NCBI GenBank assembly: GCA_033722675.1
Contig: JAWVYO010000002.1
Span: forward strand, 1 to 62,106
DNA from: Acidimicrobiia bacterium
Lineage (GTDB): Bacteria > Actinomycetota > Acidimicrobiia > Spongiisociales > UBA11373
Reading direction: 5' to 3'
DNA: 62,106 nucleotides
In this document: piece by piece, positions 26,364-35,804 of the stretch
Numbering within the stretch: the stretch's first letter is position 1
Layout of the letters: the number at the start of each line of letters is the position of its first letter
Notes under the pieces: generated by a model
Database searches by the model: none
What the model saw: the letters and a program-made list of their open reading frames with translations, nothing else
What the model was told of the DNA's origin: nothing
Translations under genes and position numbers: made by a program

Positions 26364-27548
26364 TCAGAGACCGACGTCGACGCCGCGTCGCGTCAGGATC
26401 TCCCGGGTGTCCTCCAGCGCGGCGCGATACACCTCGCGAACGGCCGGGTCGAGGTCGGTGACGAGGAGGCGGGGGAGCGGCAGGATCGTGTAGTCGGACC
26501 GGTCCACCCGGGTGGGCACGGCCTCGATGCCGGTGACCGCGAATCCGGCGTCCTCCGTGCCCTCGACGGTGAACCGGACGACCACCCCGTTCTGGGTGCG
26601 AGCGGGGCAGCAGTTGGCCGACTGGTTCGACAGGAAGTTCCCGAGGCCGTAGAGCACGTACTCGCCGTCGATCTCTTCGAGGGGCTGGACGACGTGGGCG
26701 TGGGATCCGACGATCAGGTCGAGGTCCGGCGATCCGAGCAGGGTGCGGGCCAGGGCCTCCTGGTCCGGGGTGGGGTCGGTTCGGTACTCGGCTCCCCACT
26801 GGATGCTGAGCACGACGAAGTCCGCTCCGGCGGCCCGCGCGGCCGCCGCCTCGGCCAGGATGGCGTCGGGGTCCGTCACGTCGACGAGCCAGGGGCGGTC
26901 GTCGGGGAGCACGAAGCCGTTGAGCCCGTACGTCCACGACAGGTGGCCGATCGTGATGCCATCGAGGTCGTAGAGGGTCGGCGTTGCCGCCTCGTCGGCC
27001 GATCGGGCCATGCCGGCATGACCGAGTCCGGCGGCGTCCAGGAGGTCGAGCGTGCTCGTCACGCCGGCCGGGCCGCGGTCGTAGGAGTGGTTGGAGGCGG
27101 TGGAGCAGCCGTCGTAGCCCGCGTCGGCGATGGCGACGGCCAGCTCACGCGGGGCGGCGAAGGTCGGATAGCCGCTCAGGTCGGTGTCGTCCACCGACAG
27201 CGGCGTCTCGAGATGGCAGATCGCCAGGTCGGCGGCCGAGAGCGTGTCCCGCACCAGGCGGAACATCGGGCGGTAGTCGTGGGTGAGGTCCCCGCCGCCG
27301 TTGCGCCGTGCCTGCGAGAACACCGGGCTGTGACTCAGCAGATCGCCCGAGAAGGCGAGCGTCACGCGGACCGGCGCCGTGGTGGTGGTCGTGGTGGAGG
27401 CGGTCGTCGCGGTCGTCGTCGGGGCGGCGGCCGGGGCGACGGTGGGCGCCGGGGTCACGACACCGGACGCGGGGCGGACGCCCTCACCGGCGCAGGCCGC
27501 CCCGGTGAGGGCGAGGAGGGCCACGGCGGCGACGATACGGGACATCAC
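26364..27548 (-). CDS. CapA/PGA_cap family metallophosphoesterase lipoprotein
   Basis: Signal peptide with LTGAAC lipobox. FSGDLLSH, CHLETP and GSHAHV motifs of the CapA family. Confidence 0.8.
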   Translation of the reverse strand: MMSRIVAAVALLALTGAACAGEGVRPASGVVTPAPTVAPAAAPTTTATTASTTTTTTAPVRVTLAFSGDLLSHSPVFSQARRNGGGDLTHDYRPMFRLVRDTLSAADLAICHLETPLSVDDTDLSGYPTFAAPRELAVAIADAGYDGCSTASNHSYDRGPAGVTSTLDLLDAAGLGHAGMARSADEAATPTLYDLDGITIGHLSWTYGLNGFVLPDDRPWLVDVTDPDAILAEAAAARAAGADFVVLSIQWGAEYRTDPTPDQEALARTLLGSPDLDLIVGSHAHVVQPLEEIDGEYVLYGLGNFLSNQSANCCPARTQNGVVVRFTVEGTEDAGFAVTGIEAVPTRVDRSDYTILPLPRLLVTDLDPAVREVYRAALEDTREILTRRGVDVGL

Positions 27549-27553
27549 GAAGA

Positions 27554-28483
27554 GTGGATGGAGTGACCACTGAACGTGGCAAGGCGTCCCGGGCGCCGGT
27601 CGGGCCGCCTACCGTCGCCACGGTGACGACGACCACGCTCCGCCGCGTCCCGCCCGAGGCCCTGTTCGTGGTGGCGGGTGTCTCGATGTACGCAGGCGCA
27701 GCGGTGGCCGTCACGGCGTTCGAGTACCTCGACGCTCCGGGCGTCGCCTGGTGGCGGGTGCTGTTCGCCGGCCTCGTCCTCACCGTCGTCCGGCGGTCCT
27801 GGCGCGGGACCTGGACGCGTCGACAGGTGCTGCTGGCGGTGGCGTTCGGATCGGTGCTGGCGGCGATGAACCTCAACTTCTACTTCGCCATCGACCGCCT
27901 GCCGCTCGGGACCACGGTGGCCATCGAGTTCGCCGGTCCGGTGGCGGTGGCGGCCCTCGGGGCGCGGACGCGTCGCTCGATCGCCGCCCTGGCCCTCACC
28001 GCAGCGGGCGTGGTCGTGCTCGCCGACGTGTCGCTCGACGTGAGCGTCACCGGTGTGGTGTTCGCCCTCGTGGCCGCCGTCTTGTGGGCGGGGTACGTCG
28101 TGCTGGGCGCCCGTGTGGCGACCGGCGCCCGGGCCGTCGACGGGCTGGGGATCGGGATGCTCGCCGGGGCCCTCGTGATCGCCCCCGTCGGCCTGCCCCC
28201 GGCGCTCCAGCTCGGTGACGCCCCATGGGTGCTGCTGCTGGCGGCCGTCACCGCCCTGGCCTCCAACGTCGTGCCCTACGGCATCGACCAGGTGGTCCTC
28301 CAGCGCATCCCGAGGGACCGGTTCGCCCTGCTCCTGGCCCTCCTGCCGGTGACGGCGACGGTCACGGGGCTCGTCGCCCTTCGTCAGACGCCCGGCGGCC
28401 TCGAGCTGGCCGGGATCACCCTCGTCGTGGCGGGCATCGCCCTGTCGGAGCGGCCGCCGGAGACCCCCGTCGAAGCGGCGTGA
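27554..28483 (+). CDS. EamA/DMT-family transporter (RhtA-like)
   Basis: Ten hydrophobic helices in two EamA-like halves. The exact start is uncertain (GTG 27554 or a downstream GTG). Confidence 0.8.
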   Translation: MDGVTTERGKASRAPVGPPTVATVTTTTLRRVPPEALFVVAGVSMYAGAAVAVTAFEYLDAPGVAWWRVLFAGLVLTVVRRSWRGTWTRRQVLLAVAFGSVLAAMNLNFYFAIDRLPLGTTVAIEFAGPVAVAALGARTRRSIAALALTAAGVVVLADVSLDVSVTGVVFALVAAVLWAGYVVLGARVATGARAVDGLGIGMLAGALVIAPVGLPPALQLGDAPWVLLLAAVTALASNVVPYGIDQVVLQRIPRDRFALLLALLPVTATVTGLVALRQTPGGLELAGITLVVAGIALSERPPETPVEAA

Positions 28484-28530
28484 CGTCCCGGAGGTGGCAC
28501 ACTCGCCCCCCACCATCCCGGAAGGACGAC

Positions 28531-28935
28531 ATGAAGGTCGCGTACGTGTTCACGAACCCGCGGGCGGCGAGCTACAAGCTCGGCCAGATGATCCTCCCAC
28601 AGCTGGAGGCCGGCACGCACGGGGTGGAGGTCGTCGGGATGTTCTTCTTCGACGACAACACGTTCGTGCTCCGCCAGGGGGATCCGATCGGGGAGCGGCT
28701 CGCCCGGGTCGCCGCCGACACCGGCATGCTGCTCATGATGTGCGACATGTGCGCCCTGGAGCGCAACCTCGCCGAGGGCGAGCCGCGGTGGTGCGATCCG
28801 GCGACCGGCGCGGGCAGGACCGAACCGGGGGAGTGCCGCGTCACCGACGTCGTCGACGGCGTGACGGTCGGCTGCTTCCCCGACCTCTATACCGCCCTCG
28901 CGGGGAGCCCCCCCGACCAGGTCATCTCGCTGTAG
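28531..28935 (+). CDS. DsrE/DsrF-like sulfur-relay fold protein with Cys-rich insertion
   Basis: MKVAYVFTNP...VEVVGMFFFDDNTFVL...LLMMCDMCALERNL. GGAAGGA SD 6 nt upstream of the ATG at 28531. Confidence 0.6.
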   Translation: MKVAYVFTNPRAASYKLGQMILPQLEAGTHGVEVVGMFFFDDNTFVLRQGDPIGERLARVAADTGMLLMMCDMCALERNLAEGEPRWCDPATGAGRTEPGECRVTDVVDGVTVGCFPDLYTALAGSPPDQVISL

Positions 28936-29731
28936 CGGCCGACACGGTCCTCCGGCGCCAGACCACGACGCCGATGCCCACCCCGATGGCCAGCAGCGAC
29001 ACCCAGCCGTTCCGGCTCAGCCCGAGCAGCCGGAACGTGGTGTCGGTGCGGAGCAGCTCGGTCAGGAACCGGATCACCCCGTAGAGCACGAGGTACACGC
29101 CGATCGCCGCCCCCTTCGGGAGGAGGCCCCGGCGTTCGAGGACGAGGATGGCGGGCACGACGACGAGCAGGTTCCACAGCGACTCGTAGAGGAACGTCGG
29201 GTGGAAGGTCGCTGCGTCCGCGAAGGCCGCGGGCCGGTTCGCCGGGTCGATCTCCACGGCCCAGGGCAGGTCGCTCGGCGTGCCGAACAGCTCCTGGTTG
29301 ACGTAGTTGCCCCAGCGGCCGATCGCCTGGGCGACGGGGAGTCCGACGGCGACGGCGTCGGCGAAGCGCCACACGTCGTAGCCGCGTCTGCGCAGCAGGA
29401 CCACCGCGGTGAGGGCGCCGGCCGTGATCCCGCCGAAGAGGGCGAGCCCGCCCTCCCACACGAACAGCACGGCCCACGGACGGCCCTCGTACCGGTCGAG
29501 GTGGGTGCTGACGTAGGCCAGCCGGGCGCCGGCGAACCCGAGGAGCACCACCCACGTGAGGACAGCGTCGAGCCCGGTGGGATCGCCGCCGAATCGCTCG
29601 TACCGCTTCACGGTGATCACGGCGGCCGCCACCACGCCGAGACCGATGAGGACGCCGTACCAGTGGATCTCGAGCGGGCCGAGCTCGAACGTGTTCGCGG
29701 GGGGCGAGGGAATCGAGGCGAGGACGGTCAG
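28922..29731 (-). CDS. lgt: Prolipoprotein diacylglyceryl transferase
   Basis: LASIPSPP...GPLEIHWYGVLI...GARLAYV...WEGGLALFGGI...GRWGNYVNQELFG. The end given assumes a CTG start at 29729-29731 behind a GGAGG SD. The only canonical in-frame starts lie far upstream (up to GTG 29932) and add an Arg-rich extension. Confidence 0.8.
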   Translation of the reverse strand: MTVLASIPSPPANTFELGPLEIHWYGVLIGLGVVAAAVITVKRYERFGGDPTGLDAVLTWVVLLGFAGARLAYVSTHLDRYEGRPWAVLFVWEGGLALFGGITAGALTAVVLLRRRGYDVWRFADAVAVGLPVAQAIGRWGNYVNQELFGTPSDLPWAVEIDPANRPAAFADAATFHPTFLYESLWNLLVVVPAILVLERRGLLPKGAAIGVYLVLYGVIRFLTELLRTDTTFRLLGLSRNGWVSLLAIGVGIGVVVWRRRTVSAATAR

Positions 29732-29813
29732 CGCAGCCTCCGATGGGCGGTCGGTGCGTGACGATACCGCCGTGTGTCGGGTAGGAATCCGACGTCGGCC
29801 ATACTGACGGCCC

Positions 29814-31031
29814 GTGTCCGTGATCCTCCTGCTCGTCGGCGTGTGCGCGCTCGCCCTGACCGTCACCGGTGTGGCGCCTCGCGAACCGCGTCCGGTGCCC
29901 TGGGTCCCCTCCCTGGTGGCCACCGAGCTCACGGTGCCGCTCCTCGCCGCGCACGGGATCGTCGCCGTCGTGTACGTCGTCCTGGGATGGCACGCCGGAT
30001 GGCTCGGTTCCGTGGGGCTCGCCCTCCTCGGCGCCTCCGCCGCCGGGCTCGGTGTGATCCAGGCCCGAACCGCCGAGGCCCGGCCGGCGATGGCGGAGGG
30101 AGTGGCACAGCTGCTGGACGGCGACGTCGTGCTGCCGCCCGTCCCGACCCTTCGGCTGATCGATCCCCGCCCCCGGCCGCCGCTGGGTGTCCGCCGGCAG
30201 GCTCCCGTCCGCTACGGACCCGACCCCGACCACCTCGTCGAGGTGATCGCCGGCCCCGGTGGGGCCGGTCCTGCGCCCGCCCTGCTGCAGGTCCACGGCG
30301 GCGGATGGACCGGCGGCCGCCTCGGTCGCCAGGGGCGGCCGCTGTTGCACCGGATGGCGGCCGCAGGCTGGGTGGTCGTGGAGGCCTCGTACCGGCGATC
30401 TCCGGGTGCGACCTTCCCCGACCATCTCGTCGACGTGAAGCGGGCCATCGCCTGGATCCGGCGGGAGGCGGTCGAGCTCGGCGTCGATCCCTCGTTCGTC
30501 GGGATCACCGGCGGGTCGGCGGGCGGCCACCTGGCGGCGTTGGCCGCGCTCACCCAGAACGAGGCGTGGCTGCAGCCGGGCTTCGAGGAGGCGGACACGT
30601 CGGTGCAGGCGTGTGTGCCCCTCTACGGCGTCCACGACCTGCTCGACGAGACGGGCAGGGGACCCAAATGGCCGTACCTGGCGACGACGGTCCTGAAGTC
30701 CCACCCGACCGAGGACCCCGACCTGTGGGCGGCCGCGTCGCCGGTCGACGCACCGACGTCCGACCGACCCCCCTTCTTCGTGGTGCACGGTCGCGACGAC
30801 ACCCTCGTTCCCGCCGAGGACTCACGACATCTCGTGGAGGTCCTCCGAGGGGCCGGCGGTCCGCCGGTCGGCTACGCCGAGGTCCCGTGGGCCAACCACG
30901 GCTTCGATACGTTCGAGTCCGTCCGGGGGATCCTCGTGGCGGAGGCCGCAGCGACGGTCCTCCAGGCCGTGTGGGCGGAACACCTGGCGGAGTCGGAGGC
31001 GGGTGACGGCGGCGTCGGGACGGGCGGCTAG
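29814..31031 (+). CDS. Membrane-anchored alpha/beta-hydrolase (esterase/lipase, HGGG type)
   Basis: N-terminal TM helices, HGGGW oxyanion motif, GGSAGGHLAA nucleophile elbow, and C-terminal HGRDD...H. Confidence 0.8.
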   Translation: MSVILLLVGVCALALTVTGVAPREPRPVPWVPSLVATELTVPLLAAHGIVAVVYVVLGWHAGWLGSVGLALLGASAAGLGVIQARTAEARPAMAEGVAQLLDGDVVLPPVPTLRLIDPRPRPPLGVRRQAPVRYGPDPDHLVEVIAGPGGAGPAPALLQVHGGGWTGGRLGRQGRPLLHRMAAAGWVVVEASYRRSPGATFPDHLVDVKRAIAWIRREAVELGVDPSFVGITGGSAGGHLAALAALTQNEAWLQPGFEEADTSVQACVPLYGVHDLLDETGRGPKWPYLATTVLKSHPTEDPDLWAAASPVDAPTSDRPPFFVVHGRDDTLVPAEDSRHLVEVLRGAGGPPVGYAEVPWANHGFDTFESVRGILVAEAAATVLQAVWAEHLAESEAGDGGVGTGG

Positions 31032-31240
31032 TAGCCGTCGGAGCCGATGCGGATCGTGTGGGCGAAGAGGCGATCGTCCTGGGCGTCGGTCTGGAAGACG
31101 ATCCGCTGGCCCTGACGGAGCGTGCGGAAGATGGAGCCGCGCAGCGACCCGGGGCGCAGGTACACGGACGAGTGGTCGTCGTCCCGGACGATCTCGCCGA
31201 ACCCGGTCTCCGGGTCGTAGACCTTCACGACTCCCTGCAC
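31028..31240 (-). CDS. Cold-shock-domain-like small protein
   Basis: GVVKVYDPETGFGEIVRDDD...SLRGSIFRTLRQGQRIVF resembles the CspA pattern GxVKWFNxxKGFGFI...L..GQ.V.F. GGAGGAG SD upstream of the GTG at 31240. It lies directly downstream of rpmB. Confidence 0.6.
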   Translation of the reverse strand: MQGVVKVYDPETGFGEIVRDDDHSSVYLRPGSLRGSIFRTLRQGQRIVFQTDAQDDRLFAHTIRIGSDGY

Positions 31241-31280
31241 GGACGCTCCTCCAGCCTCGGGTGGCGGTGAGTGTAGGTCG

Positions 31281-31469
31281 TCAGACCTTCTCGACCTTGC
31301 CGGCCTTCAGGCAGGACGTGCAGACGCGCATCCGCCGGGAGTTCGAGCCGTGCTTGACGCGCACGCGCTGGATGTTCGGCAGCCAGCGCCGGCTCGACCG
31401 CTTGTGGGAGAAGCTCACCTGCTTCCCCACCCACGGACGCTTACCACAGACTTCACAGACGTAGGACAC
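31281..31469 (-). CDS. rpmB: 50S ribosomal protein L28
   Basis: VSYVCEVCGKRPWVGKQVSFSHKRSSRRWLPNIQRVRV. GAGGAGG SD upstream of the GTG. Confidence 0.9.
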   Translation of the reverse strand: MSYVCEVCGKRPWVGKQVSFSHKRSSRRWLPNIQRVRVKHGSNSRRMRVCTSCLKAGKVEKV

Positions 31470-31517
31470 GGAGGGGCCTCCTCGGGAACGGCCGGAGGTT
31501 ACCAGCGCTGCGGCGCC

Positions 31518-33188
31518 ATGCCAGACCCCCTCCGTATACTCCGCGCCGTCGTGACGAGCCCGGGGCTGCTCCAGCCCGACCAGCTGAAGGAGATCCTGCA
31601 GCGCTACCTCCAGCGCCTGCGTGAGCATCGCGACGCCCTCGACCGCTTGAACGTCTACCCGGTCCCCGACGGCGACACCGGCACGAACATGACCCTGACC
31701 GTCGAGGCCGTCGTCGACGAGGTCGAGGACGCCGCCACGATGGCCGAGTTCGCCGCCGGGTTGGCGCACGGGTCGCTCATGGGGGCACAGGGCAACAGCG
31801 GCATCATCCTCTCCCAGATCCTCCGTGGCCTCGCGGACGCCTTCGGGGGCCATTCGTCCATCGGGGTCACCCAGCTCGTGGAAGCCCTGGAGGGCGCCTC
31901 GGCCGCCGCCTACCGGGCGGTGGGCACGCCCGTCGAGGGCACGATCCTCACGGTGCTGCGGGAGGCCGCCGAGGCCGCCCGGGCCACCGGGTCGCCCGAG
32001 GGGGTCGGCCTCGCCGACTTCCTCCGCCGTGTCTACGACCGCGCCGAGGCGACGCTCCGGCGGACACCGGAGCTGCTGCCGGTGCTGCGGGAGGCAGGGG
32101 TCGTCGACGCCGGCGGCGCGGGGTTCCTGCTCCTGCTCGGCGCCTTCCTCGAGGTCGTCACCGGCGAAGAGGTGATCGCCCCCGAGGTGCTGGCGGCGGC
32201 GGTCGACGCGACCGTCGCGATCGAGGGCGATGCGACACCCGACGTGGCGGACCTCCGGTACGAGGTGATGTTCCTGCTGGCGTCGGAGGATCCGGGGGCC
32301 GGGGACCGGCTGCGGGACGCGTGGGCGGCGGTCGGCGACTCGATCGTGGTCGTCGGCGGGCAGGGCACGTGGAACTGCCACGTCCACACCGACGCCATCG
32401 GGCCGACGATCGAGGCCGGGATCGCCTTCGGGACCCCTTCGCGGATCAAGGTCACCGATCTCCTCGACCAGGCCGCCGACGAGGCGGTGCACCGCAGCGG
32501 GTTCGCGCCCCTCGCGGCCTTCGCCGACGCACCCCTCGGCGTGGTGGCCGTCGCGATCGGCGACGGCCTGGCGGCGGTGTTCCGCGACGCCGGCGTGCAG
32601 GGGCTCGCCCGGGGCGGCCAGACGGCGAACCCCTCGGTCCGCGACCTCCTCGCGGTGGTCGACGGCGTGGCGGCCACAGAGGTCGTGGTCCTCCCGAACA
32701 ACGAGAACATCGTGCCCGTCGCCCAACAGCTCGACGCCCTGAGCACCAAGCGCGTCCACGTGGTCCCCTCGACGTCGGTGCCGGAGGGGATCGCGGCGAT
32801 GTTCGCGTACGACCCCCACGGGGATCCCGCGACCGTCACGGCCGCCATGGCGACCGCCGCCGCCGAGTGCCGATCCGGCGAGCTCACCCGGGCCGTGCGC
32901 GACGCCGTGACACCGGTGGGCGAGATCGCCACCGGCGACTGGCTGGCGGTCGTGGACGGCGACGTGACCACGATCGTGCGCGAGGGCCTGGCCGCGGCCG
33001 TGGAGGCCCTCCTGGTCGAGCTCGTGGACGGCGACGCCGAGCTCGTCACGATCGTCCTCGGTGCCGACGCCGAGGACGAGGCGACCGATCGGGCCGTCTC
33101 GTGGCTCTCCGAGCACCGCCCCGATGCCGAGCTCCAGGTGCTGGAGGGTGGACAACCGCTGTACCCCTACCTCGTCGGCGTCGAGTGA
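31518..33188 (+). CDS. DAK2 (DhaL) domain fusion protein YloV
   Basis: LNVYPVPDGDTGTNM, GNSGIILSQ, and a C-terminal DegV-like/YloV domain. It has the conserved position upstream of recG. Confidence 0.85.
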   Translation: MPDPLRILRAVVTSPGLLQPDQLKEILQRYLQRLREHRDALDRLNVYPVPDGDTGTNMTLTVEAVVDEVEDAATMAEFAAGLAHGSLMGAQGNSGIILSQILRGLADAFGGHSSIGVTQLVEALEGASAAAYRAVGTPVEGTILTVLREAAEAARATGSPEGVGLADFLRRVYDRAEATLRRTPELLPVLREAGVVDAGGAGFLLLLGAFLEVVTGEEVIAPEVLAAAVDATVAIEGDATPDVADLRYEVMFLLASEDPGAGDRLRDAWAAVGDSIVVVGGQGTWNCHVHTDAIGPTIEAGIAFGTPSRIKVTDLLDQAADEAVHRSGFAPLAAFADAPLGVVAVAIGDGLAAVFRDAGVQGLARGGQTANPSVRDLLAVVDGVAATEVVVLPNNENIVPVAQQLDALSTKRVHVVPSTSVPEGIAAMFAYDPHGDPATVTAAMATAAAECRSGELTRAVRDAVTPVGEIATGDWLAVVDGDVTTIVREGLAAAVEALLVELVDGDAELVTIVLGADAEDEATDRAVSWLSEHRPDAELQVLEGGQPLYPYLVGVE

Positions 33189-35257
33189 GCGGCCGCAGTC
33201 TCGCCTACCTGACCGGGGTGCCGATCGAGGCGGTCAAGGGGGTGGGTCCGAAGATCGGGGCGAAGCTCCACGAGGCGGGTCTGGACACCGTCACCGACCT
33301 CCTGTTGTCACCGCCCCGCCGGTACATCGACCGATCCCTCGTCGCCCCCGTCGCCGAGGCGCCGACCGGCCGGGAGGTGACGGTGCTCGGCACGGTGGAC
33401 CGCAGCACCCTCAAGCGGGTCCGCCGGGGCCTCACGATCGTCGAGACCGTCGTGACCGACGGGGAGGGCTATCTGTGGGCCACGTTCTTCAACCAGCCGT
33501 TCCGGGAGCGGCAGCTGCGCCCGGGCACCGAGGTGGCGCTGTCGGGGACCCCCGAGCGGTTCCGGGGCAGGCTGCAGATGAAGTCGCCCGTGGTCGACGT
33601 GCTCTCGCGGGAGGGGCACCGTTCGACGGGACGGATCGTCGCCGTGTACCCCGCCGGCGGAGGGGTCCCGTCGTGGCGGCTGGAACAGATGGTCGCCAAC
33701 GCACTCCGGCGGTCGCGACCCATCGACGAGCCGCTCGCCGAGGACCTGCTCGATCGCCTCGATCTCATGGGTCGCGACCAGGCCGTCGGGGCGTTGCACG
33801 CCCCCGACTCGCCGGAGGAGCAGCAGGCGGCGCGCCGCCGGCTCGTGTTCGACGAGCTCTTCCGGTTGGAGGTGGCGCTGGCGCTCCGGAAGCGACGGCA
33901 GATCGAGGACGCGGCGGGCATCGCCCACGAGGTCGGCGCGGGCCTCGTGGACGCCTTCGTCGACGGGCTCGACTTCGAACCCACGGGGGCCCAGCGCCGG
34001 GCGATCGAGGACGTCCGCAGCGACATGGCCCGGCCCCATCCGATGCACCGCCTCCTGCAGGGCGACGTCGGATCGGGCAAGACGGTCGTGGCCATGGCCG
34101 CCCTCCTCGTCGCCGTCCAGGGCGGCTTCCAGGGCGCGGTCATGGCGCCCACGGAGGTCCTCGCCGAACAGCACTTCCTGAACCTCGAGCCCCTCGCCGC
34201 CACCCACGGGGTGCGGATGGCGCTGCTGACGGGGTCCTCGGCCGATCGGGAGGCGGCGCTCGCCGGCGTGGCGGAGGGGACGGTGGACGTGGTCGTCGGC
34301 ACCCACGCCCTCATCCAGGAGGGCGTCCGCTTCCACCGCCTCGGGGTGGCGGTGGTGGACGAGCAGCACCGCTTCGGCGTCCACCAGCGCGTCCGGTTGC
34401 GCGAGAAGGCCGGGGACCTGCAGCCCGATCTGCTGATCATGACGGCCACCCCCATCCCGAGGACGCTGTCGATGACGCTCTACGGCGACCTCGACGTCAC
34501 GACCCTCGACGAGATGCCGCCGGGGCGTCCCGAGGTACGGACCGTGGCCGTGGACCCCGACGACCTCGATCACGTCTACGACCGGATCCGGCTCGAGGTG
34601 GAACGGGGCAACCTCGCCTACGTCGTCTGCCCGCTCGTCGAGGAGTCCGACAAGCTGCAGGTCGCATCGGCGACCGCCGAGCACGATCGCCTCGGCGAGG
34701 TGTTCCCGGACCTGGCCGTCGGCCTCCTGCACGGGCAGATGCGGCCCGACGAGAAACGGGACGTCATGGCCCGGTTCCGGGCGGGAGCGGTGCAGGTCCT
34801 GGTCTCCACGTCGGTCATCGAGGTGGGCATCGACGTGCCGAACTCGACGGTGATGGTGATCGAGGACGCCGATCGGTTCGGTCTCAGCCAGCTGCATCAG
34901 CTCCGGGGACGCCTCGCCCGCGGCGTGGGCCCGAACTGGTGTTATCTCGTCGCCGATCCCCAGACGGAGGACGGGGAGCGGCGGATCGCCGCGATGGTCG
35001 AGTCCGACGACGGGTTCGCGCTCGCCCGGGTCGATCTCGAGATCCGCGGACAGGGGACCGTGTTCGGCGACCGCCAGGCGGGCGCCGCCGACCTGCGGCT
35101 CGCCGATCTCGTCGCGGACGAGGCCACGCTCGAGGTGGCCCGCCGGGAGGCCTTCTCCCTCGTCGACGCCGACCCGCACCTGGCGGACCATCCCGAGATC
35201 GCCGAGGAGGTCCGGGTCCTCCTCGGCGAGGAGGTGGCATGGTTGTTCATCTCCTGA
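33185..35257 (+). CDS. recG: ATP-dependent DNA helicase RecG
   Basis: Wedge domain, GDVGSGKT Walker A, VVDEQHRFG and TATPIPRT motifs. The GTG at 33185 overlaps the yloV stop. Confidence 0.9.
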   Translation: MSGRSLAYLTGVPIEAVKGVGPKIGAKLHEAGLDTVTDLLLSPPRRYIDRSLVAPVAEAPTGREVTVLGTVDRSTLKRVRRGLTIVETVVTDGEGYLWATFFNQPFRERQLRPGTEVALSGTPERFRGRLQMKSPVVDVLSREGHRSTGRIVAVYPAGGGVPSWRLEQMVANALRRSRPIDEPLAEDLLDRLDLMGRDQAVGALHAPDSPEEQQAARRRLVFDELFRLEVALALRKRRQIEDAAGIAHEVGAGLVDAFVDGLDFEPTGAQRRAIEDVRSDMARPHPMHRLLQGDVGSGKTVVAMAALLVAVQGGFQGAVMAPTEVLAEQHFLNLEPLAATHGVRMALLTGSSADREAALAGVAEGTVDVVVGTHALIQEGVRFHRLGVAVVDEQHRFGVHQRVRLREKAGDLQPDLLIMTATPIPRTLSMTLYGDLDVTTLDEMPPGRPEVRTVAVDPDDLDHVYDRIRLEVERGNLAYVVCPLVEESDKLQVASATAEHDRLGEVFPDLAVGLLHGQMRPDEKRDVMARFRAGAVQVLVSTSVIEVGIDVPNSTVMVIEDADRFGLSQLHQLRGRLARGVGPNWCYLVADPQTEDGERRIAAMVESDDGFALARVDLEIRGQGTVFGDRQAGAADLRLADLVADEATLEVARREAFSLVDADPHLADHPEIAEEVRVLLGEEVAWLFIS

Positions 35258-35264
35258 GGTCGCG

Positions 35265-35804
35265 ATGCGGGTGATCGCCGGTGCCGCCAAGGGCCGCCGC
35301 CTCGTGGGCCCGCGGGGGTCGGGGACCCGGCCCATGATGGACCGGGCGAAGGAGGCGATCTTCTCCTCGCTCGGGGGCTTCGTCGTCGACGCCCTGGTGC
35401 TCGACCTCTATGCGGGGTCCGGGAGCCTCGGTCTCGAGGCGCTGAGCCGCGGCGCGTCGGGGGCGGTGTTCGTGGAGCGAGCCCGTCCGGCGCTCGAGGC
35501 GCTGCGCGCCAACGTGGCCGCCGTCGACCTCGGGGGCGACGTCGTCGCCACCGACGTGTCCGCCTACCTGGGGGCCGCATCCGGCACCTTCGACCTGGTG
35601 TTCGTTGATCCTCCCTACGACCAACCGCTACCGTCGGTCGAGCACGTGCTCGGCCGGCTCGTCGACCGACTGGCCGAGGGTGCGGTGGTGATCCTCCATC
35701 GCCGTGCCGGTGGGGACCGCCCGGCGCTCCCGGCCGGATTCGTCGTGGCCGATCGCCGCCGGTACGGAGACGCCGAGATCATCCGAATCGAGGAAGCAGC
35801 GTGA
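35265..35804 (+). CDS. rsmD: 16S rRNA (guanine966-N2)-methyltransferase
   Basis: MRVIAGAAKGRRL...TRPMMDRAKEAIFS...LDLYAGSGSLGLEALSRGA...VFVDPPY. Confidence 0.9.
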   Translation: MRVIAGAAKGRRLVGPRGSGTRPMMDRAKEAIFSSLGGFVVDALVLDLYAGSGSLGLEALSRGASGAVFVERARPALEALRANVAAVDLGGDVVATDVSAYLGAASGTFDLVFVDPPYDQPLPSVEHVLGRLVDRLAEGAVVILHRRAGGDRPALPAGFVVADRRRYGDAEIIRIEEAA

